Below, one piece after another: positions 38,243 to 48,180 of a stretch of 64,000 nt of DNA. Source of the DNA: Bdellovibrionales bacterium. GTDB lineage: Bacteria > Bdellovibrionota > Bdellovibrionia > Bdellovibrionales > DASUEL01. Location: NCBI GenBank assembly GCA_050250255.1, contig JBFWOZ010000002.1, positions 1 through 64,000 of the forward strand. The letters are read 5' to 3'. Positions within the stretch are counted from its first letter, which is position 1; the number at the start of each line of letters is the position of its first letter. The notes under the pieces are model-generated. The model was not told the DNA's origin, ran no database searches, and was given only the letters and a program-made list of their open reading frames with translations. The position numbers and the translations under genes are program-made.

Positions 38243-38815
38243 TTGAAAAAGACAGAATCAGATAATGCAGAAACAACAACCGAAAACTCCACAAACGGTA
38301 CGCCCGAAACCCCTGTGGTTTCGACTTCAGGAGGCGACCTAGAACAACGAGTTCAAGAGCTGGAAGCCGCTCTCGCAAAGGAGCGCAATGACGCTCTTTA
38401 CGCCCGCGCCGAATTTGATAATTTTCGTAAACGCGCCGTCAAGGAGCGTTCTGAACTTGTGAAGTATGGGGGCGAACGTGCTCTCGCGGATATTCTTACT
38501 GTCATGGATAATTTTGAACGTGCCATTCGTGCGAGTGAAACGGCCAATATTGAAGATTTGAAAAAAGGCGTCGTTATGATTGCGGAGGATCTTCGCAACA
38601 CACTCAAGCGCTACGGTATTACGGAAGTATTACCCGAAAACGGAAAGTTTGACCCCACCATCTTTGAGGCCATCAGCACCGAAGAAACGGATGAGGTCGA
38701 GCCGGGACAAATTTCGAGAATTTTTCGAAACGCCTATAAGTTCCACGATAAAATCATTCGACCAGGTCAAGTGATCATTGCGAAAGCAAAAGCGACTGAT
38801 GGAGAAAAAGGATAA
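38243..38815 (+). CDS. grpE: nucleotide exchange factor GrpE
   Basis: AEFDNFRKR, MDNFERA, FDPTIFEAI, IIRPGQV. Confidence 0.93.
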   Translation: MKKTESDNAETTTENSTNGTPETPVVSTSGGDLEQRVQELEAALAKERNDALYARAEFDNFRKRAVKERSELVKYGGERALADILTVMDNFERAIRASETANIEDLKKGVVMIAEDLRNTLKRYGITEVLPENGKFDPTIFEAISTEETDEVEPGQISRIFRNAYKFHDKIIRPGQVIIAKAKATDGEKG

Positions 38816-38818
38816 TTC

Positions 38819-39979
38819 TTGGCGGCAAAAGATTACTACAACCTTTTGGGTGTAGATAAAAATGCGAGCGACGATGATTTAAAAAAGGCCTATCGCAAGT
38901 TGGCCATGAAGTATCATCCTGACCGCAACCCTGACGATAAAGCCGCCGAAGAAAAATTCAAAGAGGTGAGCGAAGCTTACGATATTCTCCGCGATTCTAA
39001 AAAACGTGAAATGTATGACCGCTTTGGAAGCGCGGGGCCTGGGTTTGCTCGTGGTGGTGATCCACGACATCAAGGTTTTGAAAATTACCAAAATCCTTTC
39101 GGCTCACCGAAAGATACAGGTTATTTTGAAGATCTGTTTAGCGATATTTTTGGTGATCCTTTTCAATCGGGAAGAGAAGCTTCACCGCGGAACCAAAAAG
39201 GTTCTAATTTAAAATACACCCTACTCATTGACCTTGAAGATTCCGCCCTGGGCACGGAGAAGGTGATTAGTTTTATGCGCCTTAACCCTTGCGGAACGTG
39301 TAAGGGTACACGTGCCGCGCCTGGAGAGACGCCCCAGGCTTGCTCTCAATGTAAAGGCAGCGGCACAATTCAAGTTGGACAAGGCTTTTTTGTTTCTAGG
39401 CAAGCTTGCAACCAATGCTCTGGTACTGGACAAATCATTCGTAAGCTCTGCAACACGTGTCAGGGTTCTGGACGCACGCAAGGACCAGTGAAGCTTTCCG
39501 TCTCCATTCCTGCGGGGGTGGCTGAGGGGCAAAAGTTAAAACTTCGCGGCGAGGGTGATGTCGGCGCAAACTCTTCTCAGCGTGGAGACCTTTTTGTCGT
39601 CGTTAACATTCGAGAACACACGCTCTTCCGTCGCGAGTCACAAAACATTGTGCTCGACCTACCTATTTCTTTTTTTGACGCAACCCTGGGAGCCAATGTT
39701 CAAGTACCTACCCTCACGGGAATGGTATCCCTTAAAATTCCACCAGGATCTGCTTCAGGAAAAATCTTTCGCCTTAAGGGAAAAGGGCTTCCTCATCTCA
39801 ATACCAGTGAGGTCGGGGACATGCTCGTGCGCCTTGTGATTGACGCTCCAGAGAAACTGACAAAAGAGCAGGAAACGCTGCTCAAGCAATTACGCGAGAT
39901 CACACCGGAGCCACCTCAAACACGCACCTTTCAAAAGAAGCTGGAGCAACTTATAGCGCAACGGAAAACAAAAGGTTGA
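38819..39979 (+). CDS. dnaJ: molecular chaperone DnaJ
   Basis: J domain with HPD, G/F region, four CxxCxG repeats, C-terminal domain. Confidence 0.95.
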   Translation: MAAKDYYNLLGVDKNASDDDLKKAYRKLAMKYHPDRNPDDKAAEEKFKEVSEAYDILRDSKKREMYDRFGSAGPGFARGGDPRHQGFENYQNPFGSPKDTGYFEDLFSDIFGDPFQSGREASPRNQKGSNLKYTLLIDLEDSALGTEKVISFMRLNPCGTCKGTRAAPGETPQACSQCKGSGTIQVGQGFFVSRQACNQCSGTGQIIRKLCNTCQGSGRTQGPVKLSVSIPAGVAEGQKLKLRGEGDVGANSSQRGDLFVVVNIREHTLFRRESQNIVLDLPISFFDATLGANVQVPTLTGMVSLKIPPGSASGKIFRLKGKGLPHLNTSEVGDMLVRLVIDAPEKLTKEQETLLKQLREITPEPPQTRTFQKKLEQLIAQRKTKG

Positions 39980-40009
39980 TGGGTGAAAAGTGCCGTGTAG
40001 AATAAATCC

Positions 40010-41950
40010 ATGGTGAAAAATATCCTTTATTCCCTCACATTTTTGGTCCTATCTTCGTTTCTTTTAAGCTGTAGTTCTTCACAGCCAAAACCTCAGCCCG
40101 TGACTCCTGCACAAAAACAACTCCTTCAAAAAACTAAAAAACTTTTAGCTACGAATAAAAAAGAAACGGCTCTTAAATCTCTAGAGAAACTCGCACTTAC
40201 ACCGCCTGAATCCGCCGCTTCTCACGAGGCCAACATGACCTTAGGTCTGCATTACTCTCACAAGCGCGAGTACGCAGCGGCGGCTCCGTTTTTTCAAAGA
40301 GTGTTCCAATCAAGAAACGATTTTGGCTACAAAGCGCAAGCAGGGATGCATTGGGCGCAAACCCAACTCGATCTCAAACAGTATCCAGAGGCACTTCAAA
40401 CCGCCAATGCCGTTTTGAAAACAAATGGCCTCGATGTTGAGAGCGCCATTGGTGCGCAAAAAGTCTTAGCTCAGGTGTATTTACAAAATGGATCTACACT
40501 TGAAGCTTTAAATGCCACCATTGCCGTGAGCGAGGCTTCCACAAATGCCGCCGAAAAAGAATCGTACCGATTAAAAGCTCTCGACATCGTGGATGCAAAG
40601 CTGACCGACAAACAAGTCGAGCAAGTGGCCAGCCGCTACTCTCAGGATTACATCCGAGGAGGCGCGTACTATCGTCTCGGTACAGCTCTCTTTGAACAGG
40701 GTTTTTATGATGAAGCTCGTTCGAAGCTTTCTTCTGTTCGATCTTATTTAAAAGAAGGACAAATGATTGAGCGTGCTAATGAAATCATTGAGCAGATCGA
40801 CTCTCGTCGTACCGTTGACGCCGACGTTGTCGGGGCGGTTCTTCCTTTGACGGGGAAAAATGCGAAAATCGGCTATAAAACTTTAAAGGGCCTTCAGTTA
40901 GGGCTTGGTATTTTTGGTCCCAACAAGTCGAGATACAAACTTTCTGTCGTGGACAGCGAGGGAAATCCTGAAGTTGCTCGTCGTGCTTTCCGCCAGATGA
41001 TTTTAAGTGATCATCCCATTGCTGTGGTTGGTAGCCTCTTAAGCAAAACGGCCATACCTATCGCGAACAAAGGGCAGGAGTTTGGTGTTCCAACCATTGG
41101 ACTTTCGCAAAAATCTGGTATCACAGAAACAGGTGAATATGTTTTCAGAAACGCTCTCACCAGCGAGATGCAAGTTCAACAGCTCGTGCACACGGCGATG
41201 ACCGTTAAAAAGATGAGTCGTTTTGCCATCATTTATCCTAACGACGCCTATGGGGTCGAGTTTGCAAATCTATTTTGGGATGAAGTCCTTGCGCGCGGAG
41301 GTCATATTGTTGGAGCCCAGACTTATGATCCGAAAGAAACAGATTTTCGTGGTCCTGTAAAAAGATTGGTCGGAACTTATTTTGTCGAAGCTCGCACCGA
41401 GGAATACAACTCACGCCTTCAAGCATGGAAATCAAAACAGAAAAATATTTCTGCTCAGAGAGATTTACCAAAAGATATTCTTCCACCGATCATCGACTTT
41501 GATGGAGTTTTTATTCCTGACAGTACGAAGGCGGTCGGACAAATTGCAGGAATGCTCGTCTATAATGATATTGTGGGCGTTCCGCTTTTAGGTACAAATC
41601 TGTGGAATGCAGGTGGACTGATCGAACGTGCAGGTAAGGCCGCAGAAGGCGCTCTCTTCGTGGACAGTACTAAACCTCAGGCCCAGAGCGATGGTTTCTT
41701 TACTTCTCATTTCCAAAAAACTTTTGGCTACGCCCCCGAATATTTTGAACTTCAAGGTTATGACACCGGGCTTTTAGTTCGCATGGTGTTAGACTCTGGC
41801 GTTTCATCACGCAGCTCCTTTAAAGAGAGACTTGAGAAAGTTTCAAATTTTCGCGGCGCCACAGGAAACCTGAACGTTTCAGAACGTCGAGAGGTTTTAC
41901 GCCCCCTCTCTTTATATACCGTTGAAAAGGGCCAAATACGGGCATTTTAA
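40010..41950 (+). CDS. penicillin-binding protein activator (LpoA-like) lipoprotein with TPR repeats and periplasmic binding fold
   Basis: LLSC lipobox, helical TPR-like N-half, GAVLPLTG...QGYDTG...FRGATG type-1 PBP fold. Confidence 0.7.
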   Translation: MVKNILYSLTFLVLSSFLLSCSSSQPKPQPVTPAQKQLLQKTKKLLATNKKETALKSLEKLALTPPESAASHEANMTLGLHYSHKREYAAAAPFFQRVFQSRNDFGYKAQAGMHWAQTQLDLKQYPEALQTANAVLKTNGLDVESAIGAQKVLAQVYLQNGSTLEALNATIAVSEASTNAAEKESYRLKALDIVDAKLTDKQVEQVASRYSQDYIRGGAYYRLGTALFEQGFYDEARSKLSSVRSYLKEGQMIERANEIIEQIDSRRTVDADVVGAVLPLTGKNAKIGYKTLKGLQLGLGIFGPNKSRYKLSVVDSEGNPEVARRAFRQMILSDHPIAVVGSLLSKTAIPIANKGQEFGVPTIGLSQKSGITETGEYVFRNALTSEMQVQQLVHTAMTVKKMSRFAIIYPNDAYGVEFANLFWDEVLARGGHIVGAQTYDPKETDFRGPVKRLVGTYFVEARTEEYNSRLQAWKSKQKNISAQRDLPKDILPPIIDFDGVFIPDSTKAVGQIAGMLVYNDIVGVPLLGTNLWNAGGLIERAGKAAEGALFVDSTKPQAQSDGFFTSHFQKTFGYAPEYFELQGYDTGLLVRMVLDSGVSSRSSFKERLEKVSNFRGATGNLNVSERREVLRPLSLYTVEKGQIRAF

Positions 41951-42188
41951 GCCCCCTCCATTCTTCTCGATTTCTTTTTAGATTTTTTTAACCTTGTCTA
42001 GTTGCGCTTTAGTCTATTGTTCAACCCGGCGCATTGGCTGTGGAAGGAGCCTCTGAAGAATGCTGGCACATGGCAAATTTTACAATTTTTTCGTGACAAC
42101 TAATTTCAGAGATTACATAAATCTTAAACTTCCTGTCTGAAGACCATCGTTTTCAGAGGAAGACCATGTTCTTAAGGAGGGTTGAGAC

Positions 42189-42554
42189 ATGAAAACAAGA
42201 GATTTGGAAAGATTTAAAAAAATTCTTCTGCATCAGAAGTCGAGTCTTCTCAATAAATCTGTTTGGTTTAAGGAAGAGAACCAAAAGGCGAAAGAGCAGT
42301 CGGGTGATGAAATCGATCACGCTACTAGCGAAATCCATTTGAATTTAGACATTCGATTACACGAGCGTGAAAGAGTTCTAATTCAAAAGATCGAAACTGC
42401 TCTGGCAAAGATGTCAGTCGGAAGATACGGACGCTGTGAAGACTGTGAGGAGCCTCTAGATCTAAAAAGACTTGAAGCTCGACCAGTAGCCACTCTTTGT
42501 ATTGCCTGTAAGGAAGACCAGGAAGATCGCGAAAAATTTTACGCGTTTTCATAA
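42189..42554 (+). CDS. dksA: DksA/TraR family C4 zinc-finger transcription factor
   Basis: DEIDHA tip motif; YGRCEDC...RLEARPVATLCIACK. Confidence 0.85.
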   Translation: MKTRDLERFKKILLHQKSSLLNKSVWFKEENQKAKEQSGDEIDHATSEIHLNLDIRLHERERVLIQKIETALAKMSVGRYGRCEDCEEPLDLKRLEARPVATLCIACKEDQEDREKFYAFS

Positions 42555-42621
42555 AAAAAATTAATGCTCTATTGAGTCATTTGACGAAAAAGCATTCTCA
42601 TCCAAACTCTGTTCTCATGAG

Positions 42622-42649
42622 AGCCCGATTTTTCGGGCTTTTTGTTTTT
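42622..42649 (+). terminator. intrinsic terminator after dksA
   Basis: AGCCCGA-TTTT-TCGGGCT followed by TTTTGTTTTT. Confidence 0.75.
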
Positions 42650-42721
42650 AAATGTCTTTATCTCTGACAGTACTTTGTACCGATACCTTCACTTCTCGAC
42701 TTTTGTACCCAAACAATTTCT

Positions 42722-42749
42722 TAAAGCCACTCGTGCCCACGACCGAAAA
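42722..42749 (+). promoter_or_regulatory. sigma28-like promoter upstream of lon
   Basis: TAAAG-N15-ACCGAAAA. Confidence 0.4.
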
Positions 42750-42785
42750 GTTTTATGAAGCTACCCTGACTTGAAGGAGAGGCAC

Positions 42786-45215
42786 ATGAGCTTTGATGAT
42801 AAAGCATTAGATATTCCAGCGACACTTCCCATGCTCCCCGTGCGAGATATAGTGGTTTTCCCCTATATGATCTTGCCACTTTTTGTAGGAAGAGATTCTT
42901 CCATTAAGGCAGTTGAAGAAGCGCTCGCGAAGAATCGATTGATCTTTTTGGCCTCACAGATCGATCTTCATGAAGAAAACCCGTCACCTGAAACCATCTA
43001 TAAAACAGGTACGATTGCGATGATCATGCGCATGCGAAAGCTTGCAGATGGTCGCGTAAAAATCTTGATTCAAGGTGTAGCAAAGGGACGCGTAAAAAAT
43101 TATGTGAAGTCGAATCCCTACCTCGAAGTAGAGGTTGAAAAAATCACCGAACAGAAACCAGCGCCGGGTTCCATTGAAACAGAAGCACTTATCCGTAACG
43201 CCAAAGAGCATCTTGAAAAAATCATCGCTCACGGAAAAATGCTTTCTCCAGACATTCTCTTGGTTCTTGATGATGTCAGTGATCCAGGAAGACTCGCTGA
43301 TTTGATCGCGAGCAACTTAGGCCTCAAGGTCGCAGATGCACAAAAAGTATTAGACACCTTTGATTATCGCGAGAGACTAAAACTCGTAAATGAACTTCTT
43401 GCTAACGAACTCGAACTCCTCGCTATGCAAGCTCGCATCCGTAACTCTGCAAAAGATGAGATGACGAAGAGCCAGAAGGAATACTTCTTAAGAGAGCAGA
43501 TGCGTGCTATAAAGTCAGAGCTTGGTGAAAACGATTCCAAGACTGAAGAGATCGAAGAGTTAAGAGAAAAAGTTCAATCTGCTTCTATGACTCCAGAAGT
43601 CGAGACAGAAGCTCTCAAACAGCTTGGTCGTCTCGAGCGCATGCACCCGGACGCTAGCGAAGCCTCGATGGTTCGTACTTATCTTGATTGGTTGATTGAT
43701 CTTCCTTGGAACAAAAAATCTGAAGACAATTTAGACCTAGATCATGCTCGAAATGTTCTTGAAGAAGATCACCATGATCTTGAAAAAATCAAAGAACGTA
43801 TCTTAGAGTTCCTTGCTGTAAGAAAATTAAAAGGCAAAGAAATGCTCAAAGGTCCAATTCTTTGTTTCGTAGGGCCTCCTGGTGTTGGTAAAACATCTCT
43901 TGGTCGCAGCATCGCACGCGCCATGGGCCGTAAGTACTGCCGTATTTCTCTCGGTGGCGTGAAGGACGAAGCAGAAATCCGCGGTCATCGTCGTACTTAT
44001 GTAGGTGCGATGCCAGGAAAAATCATTCACGCATTGAAGCAGTCAAAAACAAACAATCCTGTCTTTATCTTGGATGAAATTGATAAATTAGGAAGCGATT
44101 TCCGTGGAGATCCAAGTGCAGCGATGCTTGAGGTGTTAGATCCTGAGCAAAACTCCACTTTTAGAGATCACTATCTGAACGTCGACTTTGACTTGAGTAA
44201 CGTCATGTTCCTCGCAACAGCGAACGTTCTTGAGAATATTCCTCAAGCTCTCCGCGATCGTATGGAAGTGATTCAGCTTTCTGGTTATACAGAGGAAGAC
44301 AAACTCATAATTGCGAAAAAGCATCTTGTACAACGCCAAATGGAAAACAATGGTGTAGATGCAGAAGATATCACATTCACAGATGCTGGTCTTCGCCAAG
44401 TTATCACAGGATACACTCGCGAAGCTGGTCTCCGTAACCTTGAAAGAGAGATTGGTAGCCTTTGCCGTAAAGTCGCTAAAGACGTAGTTCTTGGTAAGAC
44501 AACAAAGCAAACGATCACTGCAGACGTTGTTGAAAAACTTCTTGGCCCCGTGCGCTTCCAAAAAGAGGAAGAGATGGGAGATAGCCAAGTCGGTGTTGCA
44601 ACAGGTCTGGCTTGGACTCAGTTCGGTGGGGAAGTTCTCTACATCGAAACACTCAAAATGCGTGGTAAAGGTGAGCTCGTTCTTACGGGCCAATTGGGTG
44701 ACGTCATGAAGGAGTCAGCAAGAGCCGCCATGTCTTACGCTAAGGCACACTACAAAGAGCTCGGAATCGATGACGAATGGATTGGTAGCCACGAAGTACA
44801 CGTACACATCCCTGCAGGAGCGATCCCTAAGGACGGTCCATCTGCCGGTATCACAATGGCGACATCACTCATCAGCTTGATGACGGATACGCCAGTGAGA
44901 AAAGATGTTGCGATGACGGGTGAGTTGACTCTTACGGGTCGCGTTCTCCCAATCGGTGGCTTAAAAGAGAAAGCTCTTGCGGCACTCCGACATGGAGTCA
45001 AAGATGTGATCATTCCTGAGCAAAACGTGAAGGACTTGGCCGACATACCAGAAGAGTTTAGAAAGAAGCTCAACTTCATCCCTGTGAAACACTTGGAAGA
45101 AGTTTTGGAAGTGGCGTTCGAAAAAGGTCACAAGTTCAAAAAAGCTTCTGGCAGTAGCACCCCATCGGGCGGACGCTCAAGCCGCAAGCCAAAAGTGGCT
45201 TCACCAGCAGCATAA
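42786..45215 (+). CDS. lon: ATP-dependent protease Lon
   Basis: GPPGVGKTS, RGHRRTYVGAMPG, LDEIDK, PKDGPSAG, IGGLKEK; start ATG 42786 after AAGGAG. Confidence 0.97.
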   Translation: MSFDDKALDIPATLPMLPVRDIVVFPYMILPLFVGRDSSIKAVEEALAKNRLIFLASQIDLHEENPSPETIYKTGTIAMIMRMRKLADGRVKILIQGVAKGRVKNYVKSNPYLEVEVEKITEQKPAPGSIETEALIRNAKEHLEKIIAHGKMLSPDILLVLDDVSDPGRLADLIASNLGLKVADAQKVLDTFDYRERLKLVNELLANELELLAMQARIRNSAKDEMTKSQKEYFLREQMRAIKSELGENDSKTEEIEELREKVQSASMTPEVETEALKQLGRLERMHPDASEASMVRTYLDWLIDLPWNKKSEDNLDLDHARNVLEEDHHDLEKIKERILEFLAVRKLKGKEMLKGPILCFVGPPGVGKTSLGRSIARAMGRKYCRISLGGVKDEAEIRGHRRTYVGAMPGKIIHALKQSKTNNPVFILDEIDKLGSDFRGDPSAAMLEVLDPEQNSTFRDHYLNVDFDLSNVMFLATANVLENIPQALRDRMEVIQLSGYTEEDKLIIAKKHLVQRQMENNGVDAEDITFTDAGLRQVITGYTREAGLRNLEREIGSLCRKVAKDVVLGKTTKQTITADVVEKLLGPVRFQKEEEMGDSQVGVATGLAWTQFGGEVLYIETLKMRGKGELVLTGQLGDVMKESARAAMSYAKAHYKELGIDDEWIGSHEVHVHIPAGAIPKDGPSAGITMATSLISLMTDTPVRKDVAMTGELTLTGRVLPIGGLKEKALAALRHGVKDVIIPEQNVKDLADIPEEFRKKLNFIPVKHLEEVLEVAFEKGHKFKKASGSSTPSGGRSSRKPKVASPAA

Positions 45216-45242
45216 GTTTTAATTAAAATTCAAAGAATTCAC

Positions 45243-45272
45243 AAAAGGCGCGGTAAAAGCGCCTTTTATTTT
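45243..45272 (+). terminator. intrinsic terminator after lon
   Basis: AAAAGGCGC-GGTAAAA-GCGCCTTTT-ATTTT. Confidence 0.75.
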
Positions 45273-45390
45273 CTTTATGCGGAAATATTGACGTAGATTG
45301 GCACCCTCGAGCGCCTTACTTTCTCTAAAACCTTAATAAGCTTCACGCGTACGGCCCCCGCTTTGCTATTATTTCATTCCTGAGGTCGGC

Positions 45391-46362
45391 TTGGGACGAA
45401 ACATTTTTTTATTCTTATGTGCTTGTTGGGTTTCTAATGTGAGGGCGTCTGAAGTGTCGCGCCTTTGTGGTTTTATAGGAACAAACTCTTATTCTCAGTC
45501 GTGGACTATTAGCGATCCACAAACCCTTCATCTGACCCCTGAAAGCTTCTTGCCTCCCGAATTTCTACAGAGTATTCGTCAAAAGATCGGGCCTGTAAAA
45601 CTTCATATTACCCATCTGTCTTCTAACAAACTTTATATACGTCTGACGAGCCCAAGTTTATTTGACTCAGCTAGCGAAAGGGGGGTTCTCCAATTTCATG
45701 TACAAGTGAGCTCAACGGACGCTACAGCCCTTATTATTAATCGCCTTCGCGCAGAAAACCCTTACTTTAAACCTGCAGAACATCGCTTGCGATTTGATGA
45801 GAATGAAAAGGGCTTAACAATGAATCAAATGAGATATTTTCTTAAAGGCCTTACCAACTTCGTTCTTGCAGGAGGTTATAAAAAGATCGCCGTTGAGGGC
45901 GTACCTAATTATCAAACACTGATGCTTTATCTTAGAATGGGCGGGTTTAAAGGAGCGAATCCTCGTGATGAGAAGCTCATACAACTTATGGCTTACTATT
46001 GGAGGTATTCTCGCAAACATCTTCCGACATATCTCCGGCCTAAAGCTCTCGAAGATTTTACGGATTTACTCTACGCAGGGAGAGGGCCCGTTAATTCCTC
46101 TGGCCAATCAAAACTAGAAGAGGTGTGGATTAATTATCAAAAAACGGGCGTGCTTCCTGAGGAAGCCCGCTTATTACAAGATTTCGATGGTGAAATTACT
46201 GGTACCAGTGGCTCTCCCATCGGGCTTATTGTTGAAACTGAAAAGCCTAAGCACCAGGTTGGTTTTGTAAATTTCGCCGAGGCCGGCCTCCCTCTTTTCG
46301 GCAATGACTGGAAGCAAGCTGAGCTTACTGAGCTCAAGCTCGTAAAAGAACTCGTTCCTTAA
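45391..46362 (+). CDS. hypothetical protein, probable signal peptide, possible divergent GNAT-like segment
   Basis: 323-aa ORF filling the gap; N-terminal hydrophobic stretch ending VRA; KKIAVEGVPNYQTLMLYLRMGGF. Confidence 0.6.
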   Translation: MGRNIFLFLCACWVSNVRASEVSRLCGFIGTNSYSQSWTISDPQTLHLTPESFLPPEFLQSIRQKIGPVKLHITHLSSNKLYIRLTSPSLFDSASERGVLQFHVQVSSTDATALIINRLRAENPYFKPAEHRLRFDENEKGLTMNQMRYFLKGLTNFVLAGGYKKIAVEGVPNYQTLMLYLRMGGFKGANPRDEKLIQLMAYYWRYSRKHLPTYLRPKALEDFTDLLYAGRGPVNSSGQSKLEEVWINYQKTGVLPEEARLLQDFDGEITGTSGSPIGLIVETEKPKHQVGFVNFAEAGLPLFGNDWKQAELTELKLVKELVP

Positions 46363-46375
46363 CTTTATAATCATT

Positions 46376-46822
46376 TTATTCGAAGTCGAGCGAAGACTTC
46401 TGTGACATCAGGCGAGTGTTTTCGTTTTCTAAAACACGCACCAGAGTTCGGAGGTCTGAGATCTCTTCTTTGAGCTGACGAACTTGCTCGTCTTTTTCTT
46501 GAAGAATGACGGTGTAGGCTCTTTTCAATTCATCGAGCAAACGATTCGCGGCACTCAAAATGTTGTAATCTTCGGACGGCGCAGAAGTTTTTGTGACAGT
46601 TTCGAAAGACTCTTCGCGCACAGGCATTTTTGGAGTTGGTTCAAACATAGGTTCTTCCTTCATCTGAATTTCGGTAGGCGGCTCATCCATGATGTAATAC
46701 TTCCCGGTTTCTAAACGAAAGCGAATATTCTCGAGTTTGATTCGTCGACGCAGCGTTGAAATGCTAATCTTATATTTATTTGAGTAGTCAACGAGCGAAA
46801 GCCAATGAGCATTCTGAGCCAT
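46376..46822 (-). CDS. hypothetical protein, N-terminal HTH-like domain and C-terminal coiled coil
   Basis: GGAGG RBS; WLSLVDYSNKYKISISTLRRRIK; heptad-rich LQEKDEQVRQLKEEISDLRTLVRVLE. Confidence 0.75.
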   Translation of the reverse strand: MAQNAHWLSLVDYSNKYKISISTLRRRIKLENIRFRLETGKYYIMDEPPTEIQMKEEPMFEPTPKMPVREESFETVTKTSAPSEDYNILSAANRLLDELKRAYTVILQEKDEQVRQLKEEISDLRTLVRVLENENTRLMSQKSSLDFE

Positions 46823-46934
46823 AGTTCCTCCGAATAGGCACATCCTAACATCCAACCCTCGGCCTTTGTAAACATATTTGAATATCCTTTTGAATAACCT
46901 TGGCTAGGGTCTTCTCAAGACGTAATCTAAAGGG

Positions 46935-48143
46935 ATGCGCCTTGAAGGTAAGAAGAAAGTGGGCTTGGTTTTAAGCGGCGGTGGAATTAAGGCTGCGGCC
47001 TTTCACTGTGGTGTTTGCCTTGCTCTCCAGGAAAAAGGATTTGTGTTTGCGGGGGGAACCCACGATGAGGTCGCTCGTTACCCTAAAGATCCCATGACTA
47101 TTCAAACCTATGTGGGTTCAAGTGCGGGAGCGATCATTAGTTCCTTTTTAGCTTCTGGATATTCAGTAGAAGCGATGATCGATGCCTTTGAAATGGGCGC
47201 GGGTGGATTAAAGCCTAAGAAGCACGGCGCCAAAAGACGCTCTTCTGCACAGCTGAAATCACTGAGTTATTTCGATCTTTTCTCCGTCAATGGAATCAAT
47301 TTTTTACACATGATCCCCAAATTTTTGCAGAGCAAGTCCGTGGTTCTCAGCGGTGGAATCGAAGCCTTTTTAAAACATGGCTTTAAAATCAATGGCCTCT
47401 TCACCACCAAGGGGATCGAAAGATACCTCAGACGTCACGTTTTACCGACCAATCATTTTCGTGAATTAGGCGTTGAGCTTTTCATCGTTGCAACCCAATT
47501 AAATCATAGTCGCAAAGTGGTGTTCGGGCCTTACACTGAAACAACAAAAGAAGCCGGCATTAAGCGCGCGGACTTCTCTACTATCAGCGATGCCGTCGCC
47601 GCCTCCGCAAGTCTTCCTCCCGTTTTTGCTCCTTATGGAATTCGTAACCAAAAAGGGAAAGAGCTTTTCTTTTTTGACGGAGAAATTCGCGACACGATGT
47701 CGTCTCACGTGGCCGTGGAAAACGGCTGTGATTTGGTGATTTCAAGCAACTCGATTCAGCCCTATCATTTTAATAAAGAGATGGGGAGCCTTCACAACTA
47801 CGGAATCCCAATCATTTTAAACCAAGCTCTCTATCAAGTGGTGGAACAAAAAGTATTTAAGGCGATTCAGTACAACCAAGATATCAAATCGTTATTGAAC
47901 GTGGTTGATGGTTACTTTCGTCAGGCGAATCTCCCTGAAGAGCATCGACTAAAAATTCTGGATATTATGGCCGAACGAGTGAACTTCCGCCGTGGAGTTG
48001 ATCACATCTACATCCATCCAAACCCACAAGATTACCAAATGTTCTTCGTCGATCACTTCAGCCTGAACCCAAAGATCTTAGGCGACATCGTTCGCATCGG
48101 CTTTCGAAGCGCCATCCAAGCCCTCCGCAAACATCACGTTTAA
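46935..48143 (+). CDS. patatin-like phospholipase
   Basis: LVLSGGGIKA, GSSAG nucleophile elbow, ASASLPPVF, DGE. Confidence 0.88.
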   Translation: MRLEGKKKVGLVLSGGGIKAAAFHCGVCLALQEKGFVFAGGTHDEVARYPKDPMTIQTYVGSSAGAIISSFLASGYSVEAMIDAFEMGAGGLKPKKHGAKRRSSAQLKSLSYFDLFSVNGINFLHMIPKFLQSKSVVLSGGIEAFLKHGFKINGLFTTKGIERYLRRHVLPTNHFRELGVELFIVATQLNHSRKVVFGPYTETTKEAGIKRADFSTISDAVAASASLPPVFAPYGIRNQKGKELFFFDGEIRDTMSSHVAVENGCDLVISSNSIQPYHFNKEMGSLHNYGIPIILNQALYQVVEQKVFKAIQYNQDIKSLLNVVDGYFRQANLPEEHRLKILDIMAERVNFRRGVDHIYIHPNPQDYQMFFVDHFSLNPKILGDIVRIGFRSAIQALRKHHV

Positions 48144-48180
48144 CAGCATCACGACTTCCGTGGGCAATGTATAAAAATGC

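Noticed and set aside
42064..42080. TGGCAC upstream of dksA (and at ~45299) as sigma54 promoters
   Set aside because: The -12 TTGC element is missing at the required spacing
46376..48143. Patatin plus HTH protein as a CBASS or other defence system
   Set aside because: No CD-NTase or other defence genes nearby; genes are divergent and in a housekeeping context
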